Shown here piece by piece: positions 57,421-64,000 of a stretch of 64,000 bases of DNA. The stretch's first letter is position 1. The number at the start of each line of letters is the position of its first letter. The position numbers were made by a program, and so were the translations under genes. A model generated the notes under the pieces. That model saw only the letters and a list, made by a program, of their open reading frames with translations, made no database searches and was not told the DNA's origin. Source of the stretch: Mobula hypostoma (taxonomy: Eukaryota); the NCBI RefSeq assembly GCF_963921235.1, contig NC_086100.1:201254001-201318000 (forward strand). Reading direction: 5' to 3'.

Positions 57421-57804
57421 AATAAGATTAAGGACTGTCCTTCACCACTCTCTGCAGTTTTTGGAACCATGACTCTCTCACCAATGAACACATCTCAACG
57501 TAGAATCATAGTAAACTACAGCACAGAGGCAAGCCCTTTGGCTCATCCAGTCCATGACAAACCATTTAAATTACCTAGTCCCATCGATATGCACTCAGAC
57601 CATAGCCCTCCATGTCCCTTCCATCCATGTACCTTTCCAAATTTCTCAAAATGGCATCCACCACTTCCACTGGCAGCTTGTACCACACTCTCACCACTGT
57701 CTGAATAATAAAGTTCCCCCTCATTTTCCACTTAAACATTTCACCTTTAACCTATAACCTCTAGTTAAAGTCTTACCTCACCTCGGCAGAAAAAGCCTGC
57801 TTAC

Positions 57805-60770
57805 AGCCTGATGGTATGTTGACTTCCTGGTTCCAGAGTTAGAGATGTCTCAGATCGGGTCCATGGCAATCTCAAAGATGAGGGTGAGCACCGGAGGTCT
57901 TGGTGTATATTGGTATGATGACCTTGGTAGACAAGGCAAGGAGGTCCTGAAGAGATATTTTAGGGAGCCAGGTAGAAGGCTGAAAAACAGGACCTTCAAG
58001 GTAGTAATCTCTAGATTGCTGCTTCTGCCATGTGCCAGTGACGGTAAGAACAGGATGATTTGGTAGTTGAATGCATGGCTGAGGAACGGGTGCCGGGTGC
58101 AGGGGGCAGGGGATCAGATTTATGGATCATTCGGATCTCTTCTGGGGGAGGTAAGACCTGTACAAAAAGGACAGGTTACACCTAAAGCCGAGGGAGTCCA
58201 ACATGCTTGGGGGCAGGTTTGCTAGAGTTGTTCTGTTTGGTAGGGGGATGGGAACCACAGTGATAGTCCTGAGGATGAAGTAGCTGGCTTACAAGCAAAG
58301 ACGATCTGTAGCAAGACTCCTAGCAAGAGGAGGCTGGTGATGGGGCAAAATTGCAGTCAACAGAATGAGTTACAATATAAAAGGCAGACAAAATCGAAAA
58401 GGGTGAACACAGGACTGAAGGTGTTATACTTAAATGTGCATGGTATATGGAATAAGACAGCTGAACTTACAGTACAGTTACAGGTTGGCATGTATGATAT
58501 AGGCATCACTGAATCATGGCTGAAAGAAGATTATAGCGGGGAGCTTAATAAGGATACATATTGCATTGAAAGGACAGGCAAGAAGGCTGAGGAGGTGGCA
58601 TGGCTTTGTTGGTAAAAAAATGAAATCAAATCATTAGAAAGAGGTGACATTGGATCAGAAGGTGTTGAATTATTGTGGATAGAGTTAAAAATCTGCAAGG
58701 ATAAAAAGATCCTTGGGAGTTGTATACAGACCCTCAAACAATACTACAAATTACAACGGGAGATAGACAAAGCATGCCAAAAGGGAAAAGTTGGAATAGG
58801 CATGAGGAAATTTCAATACGCAAGAAGAATGGGTAAATCAGCTTGGTGCTCGATCACAAGAGGGGTAATTTCTAGAATTTACCCTGAAATGTGAAGAGCA
58901 GAAGCTAAAGTCAGATGCATCAGTATTACGGTGGAGTAAAGGGAATTACAGAGGCATGAGAGAGGAGTCAGCCAGAATTGACTGGAAAAGAACACTGGCA
59001 GGGATGACAACAGAGCAGCTATGGCTTGAATTTCTGGAAGCAATTTGGAGGGCACAGGATATATACACCCAAAGAGGAAGAAGAATTCTAAAGGGAAGAT
59101 GACAGAACATGGCAAGCCAGAGAAGTCAAAGCCAATATAAAAGTCAAAGAGAGGGCATATAGTAGAGCAAAAATTAGTTGCAAGTTCAACAGAAGGCAAC
59201 TAAAAAAGTTAATAAGGAAAAGTAAGCTAGCCAATAATATTAAAGAGGATACTAAAAGTTTCTTCAGATACATAAAGTGTAAAAGAGAGGCAAAAGTGGA
59301 TATCAGACTACTTACTAGCTTTACAGACGCTGTAGAGGTTGTAATGGGGAACAAGGATATGAGTAGTAAGAACTGAATAAGTATTTGGCATCAGTCTTCA
59401 CTGTGGAAGACACTAGCAGTATGGTGGAAGGTCCAGAATGTTAGGGGTCATAAGCGTGTGAAGATGCCAACACTAGGGAGAAAGCTCTTGGGAATGTGAA
59501 AGGTCTGAAGGTAGATAAGTCACCTGTATCAGATGGTGTACACCCCAGGGTTCTGAAAGAGGTGGCTGAACAGATTGTGGAAGCATTAGTAATGATCTTT
59601 CAAGAATCACGAGATTTTGGAATGGTTGTGAAAGACTGGAAAATTGCAAATGTCACTCCACTCTTCAAGAAGGGAGAGAAGCTAAAGAAAGGAAACTATA
59701 GGCCAGTTAGTCTTACCTCAGTGACTGGAAAGATGTTGGAATCGTGTGTTAAAGATGTAGTTTCGGAGTACTTGGAAGCACATGATAACATAGGTCATAG
59801 TCAGCAAGGTTTCCACAAGGGAAAATGTTGCATGACACATCTGTTGGAATTCTTTGAAGAAATAACAAGCCGGATAGACAAAGAAGAATAGGTAGATATT
59901 GTATACTTGGATTTTCAGAAGGCCTTTGACAAAGTGCCACACATGAGGCTGCTTAACAAACTACGAACCCATGGTCTTACAGGAAAAATTCTAGCATGGA
60001 TAAAGCAGCGGCTGATTGACAGGAGGCATAGAGTTGTAATAAAGGGAGCCTTTCCCAGTTGGCTGCCAGTGGCTAGTGGTGATCCACTGGGGTCTGCGTT
60101 GAAACTGATTCTTTTCACGTTATATGTCAATATTTTGGATGATAGAATTGATGGCATTGTAGCAAAGTTTGCAGACAATATGATGATAGGTGGAGGGACA
60201 GGTAGTTTTGAGGAAGTAGAGAGGCTACAGAGGACAGATTAAGAGAATGGGCAAAGAAATAGCAGATGGAATACAGTGTCAGGAAGTATACGGTCATACA
60301 CTTTGGATGGACAAATAAAAGGGAGGGAAAATTCAAAAATCTGAGGTGCAAGGTGACTTGGGAGTCCTTGTGCAGCATTCGTTAAAGGTTAATTTGCAAG
60401 TTGAGATTGTGGTAAAGAAGGCAAATGTGATGTCAGCATTCATATCAAGAGGTCTAGAATATAAAGGCAAAGATGCAATGTTGAGGCTTTGTAAAGCACT
60501 GATGATGCCTCACTTGAAGTACTGTGTGCAGTTTTGGGCCCCTTATCTTAGTAATGATCTGCTGACAGTGGAAAGGGTTCAAAGGAGGTTCACGAAAATG
60601 ATTCCAGGATTGAACTGCTGGTCATATGAAGAATGTGTGACAGCTCTAGATTTACTCTAGATAACTCTAGATTTACTAGAGTTCAGAAAAATGGAATTAA
60701 TTCAATTAGAGACCCAACTGAAACCTATCAAATGGGAAGGTCTTGATAGAGTGGATAGGGAGAGGATGAA
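57805..60770 (+). mobile_element. Old, heavily degraded CR1 (ORF1 end to RT)
   Basis: [32 protein letters not shown] fragments. Confidence 0.88.
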
Positions 60771-60774
60771 ACCA

Positions 60775-63350
60775 TTAGATATAGGAGCAGAATGAGGCCA
60801 ATTGGCCCATCGAGTCTGCTCTGCTACTCAATCATGGCTAATCCTTTATTCCCCTCAACCCCATTCCCCAGCCTTCTCCCTGTAACCTTTGATGCCATGT
60901 CCAATCAAGAACCCATCAATCTCTGCCTTAAATACACCCAACGACCTGGCCTCCACAGCTGCCTGTGGTAACAAATTCCACAAATTCACCACCCTTTGGC
61001 TAAAAAAGTTTCTTCACATCCCTGTTTTAAATGGACACCCCTCTATCCTGAGGCTGTGCCCACTTTCCTAGACTCCGCCATCATAGGAAACATCTTTTCC
61101 ATATCTACTCTGTCTAGGTCTTTTAACATTCGAAAGGTTTCAATGAGATCACCCTTCATCCTTCCTAAATTCCAGTGAGAACAGACCCAGAGCCATCAAA
61201 CATTCCTCGTATGATAACCCTTTCATTCCCAGAACCATCTGTGTGAACCTCCTCTGAATCCTCTCCCACGCCAGCACATCTTTCTTAAATGAAGAGCCCA
61301 AGCTGTTCACAATACTCAAGGTGTGGCCTCACCACTGCCTTATGAAGCCTCCCACGGTGGGAGGGTCTTGGATCACAGGACATAGCCTCAGAATAGAATA
61401 AAACAATAACTATTTAAGGCAGAGCTTAATAGATTCTTGATTTGTCAAGGCATAAAGGGATACGGGGAGAAGGCAGTTGTGACTGAGAGGAGCAGTGGAT
61501 CTGTAATGATGAAATAGCAGAATGGACTCGATGGGCCAAATGGCCTAATTCTTCTCCTATATTTTATGGTCTTATTTACCATATCTATAACTCTCATAAT
61601 TTAGTATACCTCTATAAAATCTCCCCTCCTTCCCTTATTCAATCTTTTCTTATAAATCAGGTCCTCCTCTCTCGGGAACATCCTTGTAAATTTTCTCTGT
61701 ATTCTTTCCATTTTGTTTACATCTTTCCTGTAGGTAGGTGACCAAAACTCCAAACTAGGTTTCACATATATCTTACACAGCTTCAGCATACAGCTAGCCT
61801 TCTTTACCCTTCAGATCTCAGATATTTAAATAAGGTCTCCTCTGTTTCTTTGAAAGGACGTAATGCTGAGGCTTTATAAGGCAAGATGAGGCCTCACAGA
61901 GAATTGTGAGCAGTTTTGGGTCCCTTATCTAATAAAGGATGAGCTGACATTGGAGAGGCTTCAGAGGATGCTCACGAAAATGACTCAGTGATTGAAAGGC
62001 TGATCAAGACAAGCCCTTGGTGGCTCGGGGCTCTACTCATCGGAATTCAGAAGAATGAGTGGAAATCTCATTCAGACCCATCCAGTGTTGAAAGGCCTCA
62101 ATAGAGTGGGTGTGGAGAGGATGTTTCAGAGGTGGGGAAGTCTAAGACCAGAGGACACAGCCTGAGAACAGAGGGGTGTCCATTTAGAACGGAGATAAGG
62201 AGGAATCTCTCTAGGCAGAGAGTGCTGAAACTGTGTATTAGGAAAGGCTGTTTTCTGGCAAAGTGTACTTGGTAAGTGGGAGGCCTTCAAAAGAAAAATT
62301 TTGAGGGGTCCAAGCTTGTATGTGGCTGTCAGAATAAAAGGTAAAGATAATAAGTGTAGGGAACCTTGGTTTTCAAGAGATATTGAGACCCCTGTGGTCA
62401 TGGACTGATTAAGGATAGTCAGCATGGCTTTGTGCATGGTAGTTCATAGCTAAACAATCTTATATAATTTTTTTTGAGAAAGTTACCAGGAAAGTTGATG
62501 AAGGCAAAGCAGTGGATGTTGTCTACATGGACTTTAGTAAGGCATCTGGCAAGGTCCCGCATGGGAGAGTGATCAAGAAGGTTCAATCACTCAGCATTCA
62601 AGATTAGGTTATACATGGATTAGACATTGGCTTTGTGGGAGAAGCCAGGGAGTGGTAGTAAATGGCTGCTTCTTTGACTGAAGACCTGTGACTAGTGGTG
62701 TGCCATAGGGATCGGTGCTAGGTCTGTTGCTGTTTGTCATCTATATTAATTAAATGGATGATAACGACATTAACTGGATCAGCAAATTTGCAGATGACAC
62801 CAAGATTGGGGTTGCAGTGGATAACAAGGAAGGTTATCATGGCTTGCAGAGGGATCTGCATCAGCTGGAAAAATAGGATGAAAAACTGCAGATGGAATTT
62901 AATGCAGACAAGCACTTTGCACTTTGGTAGAACTAACCAGGGTAGGTCTTACACAGTGAACTGTAGGGCACTGAGGAGTGTGGTAGAACACAGGGATCTG
63001 AAATATAGATCCAAAATTCGTTGAAAGGGGTGTCACAGGTAGATAGGGTCGTAAAGAAAGCTTTTGGCACATTGATTTATGAAGGCCAATGTATTGAGTA
63101 CCAGAAAGGGGATGTTAAGTTGAAGTTGTACAAGATGTTGGTGAGGCCTAATCTGGAGTGTTTTGTGCAGTTATGGTCACATACCTATCGATAGGATGTA
63201 AGTAAGGTTGAAAAAATACAGAGAAAATTTATAAAGATGTTGCCGGTTCTGGAAGACCTGAGCTATAAAGAAAGATTGAATAGGTAAGACTTTATTCCTT
63301 GTTACATATTAGATTGAGAGGAGATTTGATAGAGGTAAACAATTTTATGA
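60775..63350. mobile_element. Mosaic of CR1 fragments in both orientations
   Basis: 3' tail on minus at 60775-61350; RT pieces on plus at 61860-63350. Confidence 0.75.
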
Positions 63351-63360
63351 GGGGTTCGTT

Positions 63361-63660
63361 AGCATTCGTCTGTCTCGAAGGACAATGGGTAATGATGATC
63401 ATCATCACAAGCCTGGGCAGAAGGTATGGAGATCCTGAGATGCCCAGTCATCAAGATCTCCCTCTCAGCCTCATCAGTGTAGTTCAAAGGAAAGCTTATG
63501 AAGCAATATGTTTGGCACCAGCTTGGCTGCAGGAGCTGCCGGAAGTTTGTTCAGCCACCTTACGGGCTCCCCTCTGGATTTTCTGTCTGGGTTTACTCCT
63601 GTAGCCTTCGTCTCTCCCGAGGCTGCCCACAAGGCAATGGGGCTATTTACCCATTGCTGG
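63361..63660 (-). mobile_element. RTE-derived non-autonomous element related to 47944-48508
   Basis: Minus strand GAAGGCTACAGGAGTAAACCCAGACAGAAAATCCAGAGGGGAGCCCGTAAGG resembles 48235-48288; shared tail. Confidence 0.55.
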
Positions 63661-63679
63661 GGATCTGCGGTGGGCCTGC

Positions 63680-64000
63680 ATCCTGACATAGATGTTTGTA
63701 TAGTCCAAGGCTGTGTGAAGAGCCATTGAGATTGCATCTGCCATTGACCTATTGTGATGATAGGCAAATTGTGGTGGGTCCAGGTCCTTGATGAGGCAGT
63801 TTAGTCTATTCATGACCAACCTCTCAAAGCATTTCATCTCTACAGACATGAATGCTACTGGGTGATGGTCATTACTCTTCTTAGGCTCTTGTATAACTGT
63901 TGCCTTTTTGAAGCAAGTGGGAACTTTCGCCCATAGCAGTGAGAGGTTGAAAGTGTCCTTGAATACTCCTGCCAGTTGGTTGGCACAGGTTTTCAGAGCC
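63680..64000 (-). mobile_element. Rex1/Babar RT fragment
   Basis: MKCFERLVM...LDPPQFAY..NRSMADAISMALH. Confidence 0.8.

Noticed and set aside
60645..60682. TCTAGA-containing short repeats
   Set aside because: Local slippage duplication inside a dead CR1 with no further structure

Overview
Eukaryotic (vertebrate) genomic DNA. The repeat complement (HE1/V-type SINEs, abundant CR1, Rex1/Babar, Penelope-like pLTRs) suggests a cartilaginous fish, probably a ray; this taxon call is an inference. The window is the interior of one plus-strand ADAM-family gene, most similar to ADAM15. Ten GT-AG exons (4232-56979; 1317 nt, 439 codons, phases consistent, no stop) encode most of the metalloprotease domain ([12 protein letters not shown], Met-turn CIM), the disintegrin domain (loop [12 protein letters not shown]), the Cys-rich domain and the start of the EGF-like domain. 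I found no 5' or 3' exons inside the window. Nearly all intronic sequence is nested transposable-element debris: many CR1 LINEs, Rex1/Babar LINEs, a Gypsy pol remnant split by a solo LTR, three solo LTRs with TSDs, a mariner MITE, tRNA-derived SINEs, RTE-derived non-autonomous elements and Penelope-like fragments. The most notable observations are (i) minimal hammerhead-ribozyme motifs in fold-back Penelope insertions, (ii) a canonical T TTA AAC -1 frameshift heptamer at the CR1 ORF1/ORF2 junction in two different CR1 families, (iii) an RGE rather than RGD disintegrin loop plus an extra Cys, and (iv) a SINE family that shares its 3' half with RTE-like non-autonomous elements. No prokaryotic-type system is present.
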